A DNA stretch of 61,469 bases, the filler included, from Choristocarpus tenellus KU-1152 (Eukaryota > Protista > Phaeophyceae): assembly GCA_964200185.2 (NCBI GenBank). It is 10 parts of 10 records of this genome, joined end to end, with 100 filler letters (N's around TTAATTAATTAA, not from the genome) between each part and the next. Parts side by side here need not be neighbours in the genome. Positions count along the whole stretch, not along the records: positions 25,229 to 30,515 come from CAXNAD020011262.1; positions 30,616 to 33,172 come from CAXNAD020026804.1; positions 33,273 to 42,155 come from CAXNAD020004227.1; 7 more parts are not named here. The stretch is one strand, 5' to 3'. The translations under genes and the position numbers were made by a program. Below the pieces are notes generated by a model that was not told the DNA's origin, did no database searches, and saw only the letters and a program-made list of their open reading frames with translations. Positions 26,195 to 38,360 of this stretch are shown here, piece by piece. How positions within the stretch are numbered: the first letter of the stretch is position 1; the number at the start of each line of letters is the position of its first letter.

Positions 26195-26452
26195 CAGTGA
26201 AAGTATTTTAGAGGGTACGAGTTTTGTCCTGTTTGTCCATTTGGGGCTTGGCTTCCCATGGGTTTTTTATGACATTTTCCTACTCCAAAGTGTTTAGGAG
26301 TAGGTAAAATGTATACCTTTTGAAAAGGGGTGTCCGAAACATAGATAATGACACTTCCTAGCAAACACGATAGCCAAAATTACATCAAAATCGCAACATG
26401 GGATTTTGAACCCCAAATGGACGCGGTTCTACCCTCTAAGATACTTTGGCTC
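26195..26452 (+). mobile_element. MITE-A full length, TSD ATGT
   Basis: ATGT|CAGTGAAAGTATTTTAGAGGG...AAGATACTTTGGCTC|ATGT. Confidence 0.93.
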
Positions 26453-26569
26453 ATGTCTTTCACATTTATGACAACTGTTACTTTAGGGATTTTTCAGACA
26501 TGTGAATAGTTTTCACTAGTTTTTCCCCCGGCACATCTGCAAAATGCGAGAGGGCATAATAAAAAAATA

Positions 26570-26941
26570 CACTACAATACTATAATAATATACTACTAAA
26601 ATACTAAAATACTCTAATACTCTTATACTTCAATAATATACTACTACAATACTCTAATACTTCAATAATGTACTACAATAATATACTACTACAATACTCT
26701 AATACTTCAATAATGTACTACAATAATATACTACTACAATACTCTGATACTTCAATAATGTACTACAATAATATACTACTACAATACTCTAATACTCCAA
26801 TACTTCAATAATGTACTACAATAATATACTACTACAATACTCTAATACTCTAATACTTCAATAATGTACTACAATAACGTACTACTAAAATACTTCAATA
26901 CAATAATACAACAATAATGTACTACTATAATACTATAATAA
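26570..26941 (+). repeat. AT-rich minisatellite, ~45-bp unit
   Basis: TACTTCAATAATGTACTACAATAATATACTACTACAATACTCTAA repeated with 8-bp sub-duplications. Confidence 0.9.
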
Positions 26942-27630
26942 CATCCTGTCTGGCTGTGGGTACATCACAAAAATACCAGACCAAGATCAAGGCGGAAACT
27001 TCAAGACGGGTCTGAGAAAAGATTGGAGGAGGATGGAGTGATGGGTGGGTGGAGTGGTGAACTGAACCTAACGCGTGAGAAGCGAGGGAGGAACAGAGGA
27101 AGTATATAATGCAATTAGTCAAAGTGTAACAACAATAGTGATAGCTAGATTTAACAGGGGTGAGTAAGTATGAGATTTATTAATATGTGAAGGTAATAAT
27201 AGTAACAATGATAGTAATAATAATTACTATTATTATTTATATATATAAATGAAGTACATATTAGGACTGAAGTTACGTATTGGAAGTAGAGGAGTATTGT
27301 TTTGTGTTTTGTGGAAATCAGGTTGGTCTGTTATTATACCATTATTTCCGTATGTTAACTACCATTGTATCAATTGAGGTTTCTTGTCAGGAATCCCTGA
27401 CTCCAACGGAGGATCTTCCTTGAGAATGAATCCATGGAATCTCTTCAACAGACCAGTTCCACAGATACGACTCCTGCTCTTCATTCAGAGTTGTCAAACA
27501 CGAAAGCTTCACTTTGTTCTCACGTCTTGACATTTCTGATGATTCTCTCTCACGAGATCCTCAGTCTTTCCGTCCCCACAGCTTTCGTACAAGCAGTCTT
27601 GCACCCGTCCAACCTTAACCTCGTCCTCTC

Positions 27631-27652
27631 GGTTAGGGTTAGGGTTAGGGTT
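27631..27652 (+). repeat. Interstitial telomere-like tract
   Basis: GGTTAGGGTTAGGGTTAGGGTT. Confidence 0.9.
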
Positions 27653-28657
27653 GTGTTAATCTTGGTCTGTCTAGTCCGTCTTGCCCAGTGATTCTCTTCG
27701 CCGCCCTTACCTGAGTGAACCACGCCCGCCACAGAATCACACGATTCACACATTGGCAGCACCGGTGAACTCGGAGATAATGCGACACGAAAAATATTTG
27801 CTTGACCACTGGCTAAAGACGCCGAATGCAAGATCAACAAGAAAAAACGAAAAAACGCCGCGAACAGGAACGTCTGCTGGGCGAACACCTCAAAAGAATA
27901 ATCGAGAGAAGCAGATGATGACACAAAGGTCAAGAAAACGAATCTGTGGAGGACGAGGACTCCTCAAACCGACCATGATTCCGTTTGGTCGAGTCGATCA
28001 TCCACATCCTCCAACAACGCATGCGAAACGCGAACCGTAGACGTGTTTCCCCCCCCCCCCGTCTTTCCCGGATCGTCCCCGTCGGACGGGGAACCATGCC
28101 ATCTCGACCTTTGAGCATCGTGTCAGCTCAGGGCGACCAGGACATTCGTCGCGTCTCCTTTTCCAAGGGCGATCCTGTCTCTCCTCCTCTGAGCTCCACG
28201 AATTGTGACGGGGTGTGACTTTGCAGGCTCGGCTCGGCGATGCTGTTCCGGCGTCCATTGCGCACCACGTGAACGAATGCGTGAAAACGAACACTGTGCC
28301 GCCCCGAACGGCTTCAGGACCTCTCTGCTGAAGCTTCAAGTTCGGGGTCGGGGAAATTGTGTCGATCTGGTAAGACCCGTTGAACGGAGTAGTGATGCCT
28401 CGCACCCAACGGCCAACGTCGGAAGGGAGCCGTTTTAGATATTCCACTTCGGATATCCCGACTGGTCCGTCGATCACAGGTTGTCTTGGAGAAGAAGATT
28501 TGCCACTTCTTTGCTCTCTAAATGGCATCTCGCAATCACTCTGCATTCTCGTTGGTACGGTCCTACATCCCCCGGAAACGACTGATGCTCGTTGTGTAGA
28601 ATTTTTTGCCAAAAATTCTATTTTCAGGCATTGGTCGATACGATAGAATGGTGTTCA

Positions 28658-28896
28658 ACAAGTGATTTGGCCAGATTGCAATCGTCCCTTGACACCCCTG
28701 CTCCTATTACACCTCCAAAGACAGTCACGGCACAGTCACAAGCCTGGGCAAATGTGTTTACAGGCTCTTCCCGAATAGCATGGGGGGGAGTGAATGCGTT
28801 AATCAAGGCCTTCTGTACATCTTCCCACCACGTCTTTGGAGGTGTAATACGAGCAGGGGTGTCAAGGGACGATTGCAATCTGGCCAAATCGCTTGT
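28658..28896. mobile_element. Fold-back element / MITE-C: 65-bp inverted arms, 109-bp loop
   Basis: 28658-28722 and 28832-28896 are reverse complements with 2 mismatches. Confidence 0.85.
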
Positions 28897-30235
28897 AATA
28901 ATCCCACCCCCACAACTTACATTAGTGCTGTGACCCACAACTCTCGTCATCGACAGGTTTGTCGTTCAGATTTTGTGGAAAGAGGTGGAGCATCACCGAG
29001 CGGGGAAGCAAGTCTCAACAGGTCCTCAGCTCGGTCGTTGACACATCCACCTGTGACAGCCCGTCCGGCTGACAGGCAATCATCACAACCCTTGGATCTC
29101 CCACACCATGCAGAGACCCCAGCTACACCCCATTGACATGTCGATGTACAGCAAAGTAGTGTGTGCCAGTACCCTGGTTGCCAAGCGACGACTCGTGAGG
29201 GTCGCTCAACCCAGTCATGTCTAGACAACCAAAAATGGTACTCGTAGGCCATACCTACGCCGTAGAGGGAGAGGTAGTGGATGTCATGGTCATGAAGAAA
29301 GTTCCGGGTCATTATGCTCCTCATCCCTAGGGGTGCCCAGGTGGATTTAACTCCCGTCCATTAGGGAATGAGCATGGTGTCGTTGACACTATCATAGAGA
29401 ATGACAAGCATCGGAGGTTGATACCAGTCACACCACTTGCACCTCAGCTTGTGTATCATTCCCACAAGACATCACATGACAAGGAGCCCCACACACAACA
29501 AGTACGTGATACAAGTACCACTCCTTCGTGCTCTGTGTGGACGCGGAGCAATTGTGCAAGGAGCAGGAATCCGAGTTCGGATCATATTTCAGGTATTTGC
29601 AGTCCCCCAACATCGCCTCACCACCTGATAAGGAATCAGCGACATCTATGTCATATTTTTTCCTTCGTACTGGCTTACCGTATCATTCGTATGTACCAGG
29701 CTGACTTCGTAAGAGGGGTGCGTTTAGAGACCAGTTGGTCATTCCTTGTTCTTTAGTCCATCTTATAACTCCATGGTTGCCATGACCATGCATTGTCTGG
29801 AGGCCACTTAGGTTTCGAACCCAAGTTCAATAAGGTTAGAGACTCGTGTTGGTGGCCAACATTCGATATCGATGTTCGTACATAGTTTCGTCATTGTCAA
29901 GCATGCCAAACACGTAAGACTGCTCACAACAAAGCTACACTTCCCACTGGCCATATGCCCATCGACGGACCATTTCAATGTGTTGCTATTGATTTGGTAG
30001 AGGACAAAACACATTCCCCAGCAGCAAATGGTGTGATGCTTGTATGTATTGTCTGCCATTGATCACCTCACTCATTTATTGTGCTGGGTCCTGTTCCAAA
30101 AAAGAGGTCACAACAGTTGCTTGTATGCTCGTAGAACGTGTATTTTCAATTTTCGACTCGCACCCGAGTTGATACACTCTGATCAAGGTACCGAATTTGA
30201 AAACAGTATTGTTCCAGAGTTGCAGTCTGTCATTG

Positions 30236-30492
30236 GAGTTCAAGTATCTTAGAGGGTAGAGCGCGTCCATTTGGAGACCAAAATCCAATGTTGCGATTTT
30301 GATGTCATTTTGGCTATCGTGTTTGTTAGGAAGTGTCAATATCCTTGTTCCGGACACACCTTTTCACAACGTATACATTTTACGTAATCCGAAACATTTT
30401 GAAGTAGGAAAATGTCATAAAAAACCCCATGGGAAGCCAAGCCCCAAATGGACAAACAGGGAAATATTCGTACCCTCTGAGATACTTCACTC
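30236..30492 (-). mobile_element. MITE-A full length, TSD ATTG, inserted in gypsy integrase
   Basis: ATTG|GAGTTCAAGTATCTTAGAGGG...GATACTTCACTC|ATTG. Confidence 0.93.
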
Positions 30493-30515
30493 ATTGGTTA
30501 AAAAAAAAAAAAAAC

Positions 30516-30615
30516 NNNNNNNNNNNNNNNNNNNNNNNNNNNNNNNNNNNNNNNNNNNNTTAATTAATTAANNNNNNNNNNNNNNNNNNNNNNNNNNNNN
30601 NNNNNNNNNNNNNNN
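30516..30615. other. Artificial contig-joining spacer
   Basis: Same 100-bp linker. Confidence 0.98.
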
Positions 30616-30698
30616 GTTAGCCAAAATTACATCAAAATCACAACATTGGATTTTGGCCCCAAATGGACGTGGCTGTACCCTCTAAGATACTTTGGCAC
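30616..30698 (+). mobile_element. MITE-A right end (contig start)
   Basis: ...AAATGGACGTGGCTGTACCCTCTAAGATACTTTGGCAC. Confidence 0.9.
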
Positions 30699-33172
30699 AT
30701 AGATAGGCTATACACTGTCTTGGATGAGTTGAGCCGTATCCATTTTCTACTACGCTTGTGCTTCAACCCTCACACGATTCGTTTGTTTAGGGACTTTGGC
30801 GATGTCCACGCACAGATTAAAATCGTCATCACCAGGTACGTATCTGTTTTGTGCACAGGACAGCCCTTATCAATGGCCGTGAGGAACGCTTCACTGGTTC
30901 CACAGGTCTCCTTTCCCGTAAAGTGGATGGAGTTCAGCTTTGTGTTATCCAGCACCTGCATAAGAATGTTGTGATCCATCATGTACTTCCTTGAATGCTG
31001 AGGGCTTCCGAAGACACGAAAGGTGCCCAACAAATGTGACCTTGTACGCTTTGGCACCTCCTTGTCTCTGACGGTACACAGTACCGACTCTTCTGCATTG
31101 TCGCCATCACGAACCTGTGGATTGGAGGGAAGACAAGTGTGAGTACAGTGGAGCGGGAGAAAAATGTGGGTCAAAGTACACGAGAGGTACCCACGGTTGT
31201 ATTTTAAGGATACTGACAATTCTGTGCAAAATTCGACTTTTTGTACGAATGTGAATAGGAAGAAATCAATACTCTTACGTCAATCTTGACACTTCAACCA
31301 TAGAAACAAGGACGACTTGCTTGAAAAAAGAAGGGTTAAAATACAAAAATACAAAAACCTAATGACCTCCCGTTTACTTTGGCTCCACGTGGAGGAAGAA
31401 GAGGGCTACTTGGCAGAGGACAAGACTCCCTGCACGTAGCAACGTATGCTGCACTACTGCCAATACCGATCGGTGGGTACTATAGAGTGATGAGGGACAC
31501 TTGTAGTCCCTGCATCTGTGGGGGCTTATTACAGGGGAAAGATGATGGCGTGGAACATGTACACCTTGGCAAGACATATTTTCCAATACCTCCCGCTATG
31601 TCTAAGTCGTATCTGCCAGTCAAGTTTCTCAGTATTGAGTTAAGATATGATTTATCCTCCAGATTCAAAGAGTCTGCATCAGAGTGGGGCATGTTGATCT
31701 CTGAAAGAAGTGAGGCCTGTTTAGGACCGCGCCCCTCATTTGGCTCTCCATAGGATCCTGTACCAGAGGGTAGACGGAGAGGACATGAACAGGAACGGTT
31801 GAAGGAACACTGTTTGACAGTAATTCACAACAGCGGTGTGTGAAAAAGACCCTTCACAAGAGGAATTAGTATCACCTAGCGTAATTTTTCTCCTCACATG
31901 GGACGTACGTATGTGAATATACTTCGAAGCATATATGTACAAACAGGTGATGTATGGTACAAAAATTCACTCCTCCAGTATCTCTAATGTCCAGTTCATT
32001 GCAGAGACACTTGACACACACGAATATCAATCAGTTGTAGGTGAAATAATGCATATCCTACGCTGGAAGTGTTAATTGGTGAAGAGCATTATTGTGTGAT
32101 CTGACTTGGAAGAAAGACAGACGCAAAGCTTGGGCGAAGCACTCACCCAGACGCTTCTCCGTGTATCCATCGTCCACCGTCTTCGTGGTAACCATCTCCA
32201 CCCTCCTCTGGCGAGAAGGGGCTTGCTCGAAGGATTTCTCTTGCGTTTTTCCTTCGATGCAGAAGGTTTCACATTCTCCTTTCCTTTTCCCTTCAACTTA
32301 GACGCAGGGTCCTTAGCTGCGTCGACTGCAGCGTCTGGTAGAATCTACTCCCACTTCCACGTACTACGCCATCTGTCGAGTCCTATCTCTTTCCCCTCCT
32401 CTGCCATGGCGAAGGTACAAGCTGGGGGATTCCTCATATGGAAATTATCGCAGTTATGGCACTTGCACAAAATGAAGAGACGCACAATGCAAGTGAGATT
32501 GTAGATTTGACAATTAGAAAGAAAAAAAACCTGCATCACATGGAGCGATTTATAGAAAAGATCTGTAGAGTGCCTGTTCCTGTCATACGTCAGCAGCACT
32601 ATTTCTAGGGGAACAAAGTATAAAAACTCCGTTGAAACCGAAGGGCGTCGTATTTCATGTTAGGTGTGTACCAAACAGGAAACACGGCATCCATTGTTCA
32701 CACAAAGGACTAGAAGAAAACCTTCATTTCCTAAAAAAAGGTTTTGAAACGAAGAGATTGTTTTCGGCTCAATACACCTTTCCTAACAAGTAGAGAGACT
32801 TCAACAAATTCTTTAGTCAACACCACAATCTCCCATCTTCGCACGAGTGGCGATGGCATGCTTACTCGCAACAACAAAAAAGATTAAATGGCGTCCGCTT
32901 AGTGAGTTTTTATTGAGCCAGGATCCAGTGGCTTCCTCTTAGGCTGCACAAGTCTGAGCTCGTCCAGCCTCTTCTCGATTGCCCAGTCATGTGGATCGCA
33001 GGTCAGTACAGGTGACCTTTTTATCACGAGTATCGTTAATGGATCTGGCATGATCACACAGGTATTCAGAGACCATGTTCGATTCGACTCTTCCAACTCT
33101 ATCGGACAGTTACGGTAAAATATTTCCGTTGTTATGGAGTGCTGCATCCCCCACCTAAATATAATCAATCAC

Positions 33173-33272
33173 NNNNNNNNNNNNNNNNNNNNNNNNNNNN
33201 NNNNNNNNNNNNNNNNTTAATTAATTAANNNNNNNNNNNNNNNNNNNNNNNNNNNNNNNNNNNNNNNNNNNN
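33173..33272. other. Artificial contig-joining spacer
   Basis: Same 100-bp linker. Confidence 0.98.
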
Positions 33273-33342
33273 GTAGCACCTTCGATACGCATGTGTAAGG
33301 GCTCCGATACCATTGGAAGACTTCCGATAAGGTTCGTATCGG

Positions 33343-33860
33343 AAATCGACATACACGCCCCCCAACCGTCTTGTTGCGCTCTGGAATTTGACGGCCTTTA
33401 CCATTCGACAGAACACACCAAATTCATTCATTACTATCAGCCTTGTGTAAAGCACAAACCTGCGCATGGTTGCCCTCCGGACATCCAACCCGGGTCAGCA
33501 TGTAAATTCCTTTTACCGTTTGACAGAACACATGAAATTAATTCATCACTGGCTGCCGTAATTCAAGCATAATCCTGTGTGTGGTTGCCCTCCATACATC
33601 TAACCCAGGTCGGCGAATAAATTCCTTTCATGTTCACCTTTCACTTTCGAGATTCGACGTAATGTTTTCCTGCTCAGGATTTCTATTTCAAATCGACACA
33701 CACACACCCCAACAGTCTTGCCGCGCTTTGGATGTTGATTGCCTCTACCATTCGACAGAACTCATGAAATTCATTCATTATTGCCTGCCCTATGTCAAGC
33801 ACAAACCTGCGGATGATTGCCCTCGCAACATGTTACCTTGGTTGGTGCGTAAATCCTTCC
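33343..33860 (+). repeat. Three diverged copies of a ~115-170-bp module
   Basis: TACC(A/G)TT(C/T)GACAGAAC...ATTCAT...AAGCA...CCTG...TTGCCCTC at ~33398, ~33514, ~33746. Confidence 0.8.
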
Positions 33861-34023
33861 AGACTGCATCCGGTATTGGTGCGTACTCATATTCAATATT
33901 CATCCCATGTCGACCGGTTTGACAGTTTCACATTTATTAGCAAATAGCGGCCTTTGAGGAAAGCGTTACACCGTCCTCATGGCCACGGCATCGCTACGCC
34001 CTCTTCATATCGCGTTTGCATAG

Positions 34024-34281
34024 GAGTGAAAGTATCTTAGAGGGTATGAGTTTTTCCCTTTTTGTCCATTTGGGGCTTGGCTTCCCATGTTTTTTTAATG
34101 ACATTTTCCTACTCCGAAATGTTTCAGATTAGGTAAGATGTATATGTTATGAAAAGGCGTGTTCGGAACAAGGGCATTGACACTTCCTAACAAAGACAAT
34201 AACCGAAAATACATCGAAATTGCAGCATTGGATTTTGGCCCCCAAATGGATGCGGCCGTACCCTCTAAGATACTTTGGCTC
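34024..34281 (+). mobile_element. MITE-A full length, TSD ATAG
   Basis: ATAG|GAGTGAAAGTATCTTAGAGGG...AAGATACTTTGGCTC|ATAG. Confidence 0.95.
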
Positions 34282-35378
34282 ATAGCCCACGCATGGACAT
34301 GAACCCTGCACTCCGTACAGATCCCGTCATCATTAATCGCATAGTCTATCACTGTTCGTATAAAGACACCCTTGCTGTGCGCGGCTGACCATAGCATCCA
34401 CCCCTACGTCGATATCCTTCTCCTTTGCTGATACCGTTGTCCTAAGATTTTCCCCTCTACCTTCACAGACAGCCAGCCGGAGGCCCAGGGACTCATGAAT
34501 ACCAAAAGACCACAGACCTGATAACGTCGAACCTCAGCGCAACGTGTACAATGGACCTCGCCACATCTGACTTCTTGACACAGAGATACAACGTCAACCT
34601 TCTTGACAACGGTAGAGTGGAGTCTATGTTCTCCAAGCTGGGGCCGGACCCACAGGTCGCCGCCGATAGACTCGCGGGGATCCTGAGTGGGCAGCCTTTT
34701 CCCCTGTGCTCGAGATGGAAGACCATAATCGACTTCAAAGCCCATATGCACAGGATAAACGTGCCCTCCAGTGTGCCAGACAGGGAACTGTTTGAATGTT
34801 ATATCGCCACTAACAACTTGGATGTGGACCATAATGGTGACGATAGGGAGATAGCGGACGACGACAACCTCTTCTTTTGCCTTAATGGAAAAAACACCGC
34901 ATAATGGTGTTGAGGATCATCGAGTGTGTCGCAAAGGAGGACAATATCCCTTGAGGCATCAACCTCCCAGCCCATGTGACAACACGATGGGCCTCGGAAG
35001 TAGGAGCAAACCTCCAGATGGCTCACCACAGGAGTTGCATGTGGAAGATATATCCACATTGCAGCCGGGAGAAGGCCGAATCGATCTCCATAGGAGAGAG
35101 TGTTGCAGCCAGCCGATCTCACGTGCCAAACATCCTAGACATATTCCATTGGATGAGTCTTGGGTTGCTGCGATCCTGGATTATAGGCGCAGCTTCGGTT
35201 GCAACAGGTCCCACCCCTACGTCCGGGAAACGGAAGAGGACTCTGATCGTCGCGCGCACATGCGTTACAGACGGCTGTTAAGAGGAGGGTAGCTGCAAAG
35301 ATAAAGGTATTCCTCAAAGAAGCTTTGGAGGACACACATATGGAAGCTGGTGTGAGTAGACTCACCGACCAGACCTCT

Positions 35379-35636
35379 GAGTAAAATTATCTTAGAAGGT
35401 ACGACTTTTGTCCTGTTTGTCCATTTGGGGCTTGACTTCCCATAGGTTTTTTAATGACATTTTCCTACTCCAAAATGTTTCGGAGTAGGTAAAATGTGTA
35501 CGTTATGACAAGGTGTGTCCGGAACACGGATATTGACACTTCCTAACAAACACGATAGCTGGAATTACATCAACATCGCAACATTGGATTGTGCCTCCAA
35601 ATGGACGCGGCCCTACCCCCTAAGATACTTTGGCTC
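35379..35636 (+). mobile_element. MITE-A full length, TSD CTCT
   Basis: CTCT|GAGTAAAATTATCTTAGAAGG...AAGATACTTTGGCTC|CTCT. Confidence 0.95.
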
Positions 35637-36081
35637 CTCTGTCAAATTCTTCAACGCGATCGCCACCCTTGTGTACATTGCGCGGGAGAAGGTGAGATTC
35701 TGACGGCTCCTTACACAGGAAACGATTCGTGAAACGATTGCGAAGTACCGCGTACTCTTCGTCGCATATATTCATATTAATTCCGCGTCCGTGATCCAAC
35801 CAACCCGTTCCCTTTCTTCCCCTCACTATGTTCCACCAGAGACAAAAGAACTGGAGGAGATCCTTCTCGGTGTGTGGAGAGATTGCAAGAAGTGCGGCGG
35901 GTCAAGTGTAAGCGTGCAGCTGTCCGCACATTAGTACTTCCAATACCCCATCACTAACGGTCCAACAACATCGTAGTGACCCCTGCCTTCGCTTACTGAG
36001 TTTGAATTGACGTTTCATACATTGGTAATGCTATCGACCTTATGACATACGCCAATAACCAGCAGACCCACTCCCACTCCC

Positions 36082-36339
36082 GAGTCCAAGTATCTTAGAG
36101 GGTAGAGCCGCGTCCATTTGGGGACCAAATCCGATGTTGCAATTTTGATGTTATTTTGGTTATCATGTTTGTTAAGAGATGCCAATATCCTTGTTCTGGA
36201 CACTCCTTTTCATAAAGTATACATTTTACCTACTCCGAAACATTTTGGAGTAGGTAAAATGTTATGAAAAACACGTGGGAAGCCAAATCCCAGATGGACA
36301 AACAGGGCAAAACTCGTACCCTCTAAGATACTTTCATTC
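36082..36339 (-). mobile_element. MITE-A full length, TSD TCCC
   Basis: TCCC|GAGTCCAAGTATCTTAGAGGG...AAGATACTTTCATTC|TCCC. Confidence 0.95.
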
Positions 36340-38360
36340 TCCCACGTTCTTCTGTCCTGATCATGTCACCTTATTCTCCACACACCCAACGCGCACCTGA
36401 CTAGGACATATTCGACTTCAGAGCGGTTCACGTGTTCACTGTGCTGTGGTACGCCAACCGAGACGCCGCCATCGAATCCCTCAAGAACAGTGGGGGGTTC
36501 ACACACACCTACAGGTTGAAGGTGGGGTAAACATTCCCAACTACGTTGTCCCCACACGACGACGCCAAACTTGACATAGGGCAGACAGTAATGAAGGAGT
36601 TTGATATGTTCTGTCGAACGGTAAACGCCATCAGTTTCCAGCGAGCCCCATCCCCATAGGGTTCTGCTGCGCTACGCACATCTCCTCGTAATCCTTCCCT
36701 GATAGATACACTCCTAACCCTAAATCCTCCACATCCTCAAAGTTCGTTCTTTATTGGTATCCGAACGACACACGATCGCACATTTGACGTACATGTAGCT
36801 CGCGGACGAGGTCAAGGAGCAGCATTTCGCAAGAATGTGCACGGATGTCCTCGCTGGAGCCGGCTTAGCCATCTTTAGAGGGGAGAGACTCCCCAAGGCC
36901 ATCGCTGGCGCGACATTGTCGAGGTGGCTGCCCTCATCTTCTCAGAACAGGCTACTAAAAAATTGCCTACTGACACGCTCTCATTGACGTACGTTGTCGG
37001 GACGGGGACACTTTCAGAGGAATGGGTAAGTCGATTTTGACCGTGACGATTCAAGTAACGTATGGATGTATATGCATATACCCCCCTCCTGACCCCGTAA
37101 CAGCCGCAGTGTTTACCGTCTAGTTCGTGCCTCGCGAGGCAGACACCCATGTCATCCATTTGACTTACCATCCCACTACCCACGTGCTTCTCCATGACAG
37201 TTCTCCCACACTCTAAGGGGCGTCCGGAACAAATGGCCCCCGGCCGACCAGGACAAAGGGAAGAAGAAGACTAGAGGGAAGGGGAAGAAGAATAGACCAG
37301 GAGTCAGCGATCCAGACATGGCATCTGCCGCCCAGGCGGAGGAGGAGTGGGCATCTCAACCCTGGAAAGTCCAATTGGTATACATGAGATGTATGCACAC
37401 CAAGAATGTCCTCATCAAGAGGGCTGTCCTGGAGGTCGACATACAAGTTATGAACGACCTAAAAGGAAAGACAAGCTCGAGATAGAACCCTATGCCGATG
37501 ACTCATCAGCAGGATCTTCAGCAGAGGGTCCTCCTATCAAAAAATACATCCTCAGTGATGAGGTACTCAACTGTGTGTGAGGTTCATCATCTCATCTCTC
37601 CACCGTATTTCAGTTCTTATCAAGCCACCTCACAATAAACGCGCTGATCACGCACATTAATGTGACCCGTAAAATCCACAGGTGAAAAGGGACCTCGGGT
37701 TGAGGGAGGATGTGGAGGAGGGTACAAAATACCTGGACATCGTCAAATACTCTGAGGGCGTTACCCTGAACACCAGTGACGAACACACAGGCAAGCTATT
37801 ACATCATTGTACAACACCGCCATAGGTTAACATCCAAACATGGTTCCTTACACCAAAAACACAACCTAGACTCTCACAGATCTTACCGATGTTTGTCAGT
37901 TTCACAACGAACATTGCCACAGGGTTCTCCGGCTCTTTCAAAGGTTGCGAAGTTGCTCGTCGAGCAGATTGATTCATACTTTCGCTGTGTTGTACCGATC
38001 GACAGAACCCGGCAAAAGAAGGGAAATTATGTCGCGCGATTACATGCTAGTCCTATTCGCATCCTCTTCACCCTATGTTACAAGCCCTATTTTTCTTCCT
38101 GTTTTATGGGCTCGAATAATCCGCCCAAATTTAACGAAACGCTAGTACTCTGATCCATCCATCCTTTCCTCAGTCCCTGCCTCCTCCTCTGCATCTTGCC
38201 TCGCTTACTCCTTCTCACCAACCCCTATCTCATCCCTTGATGACTAACGCTAGCACCTCCTCCTGTTGCTTTGACCCCTACTTCTCCCCGTCCTTTGCCT
38301 ACTCCTCCACCATCGCAGAGATAACTAGAGTCACAACCATCGTGATCACCCCAGACAAGA

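Larger units (their letters stand above)
27385..30500 (+). mobile_element. Decayed Ty3/gypsy LTR retrotransposon (putative 5' LTR ~27385-27752, gag-like region, integrase)
   Basis: Integrase Zn-finger HALSGGHLGFEPKFNKVRDSCWWPTFDIDVRT*FRHCQAC (~29790-29910) and core PFQCVAIDLVE...IDHLT...ELIHSDQGTEFEN (~29970-30205); TGTCAGG...CACA followed by TGG is only a tentative LTR/PBS; RT/RNaseH not recognised. Confidence 0.75.

Noticed and set aside
28624-28650. QALVDT as retroviral aspartic protease active site
   Set aside because: Lacks D-T-G and lies upstream of the putative gag Cys motif (~29160)
30076-30571. Recurrent small ORFs containing YPLRYF / KPSPKWTNR as a peptide gene family
   Set aside because: These are chance translations of MITE-A; frames and stops differ between copies
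34024-34281. MITE-A as an introner (self-made intron)
   Set aside because: No GT/GC...AG at the ends, and no copy interrupts a recognisable host exon
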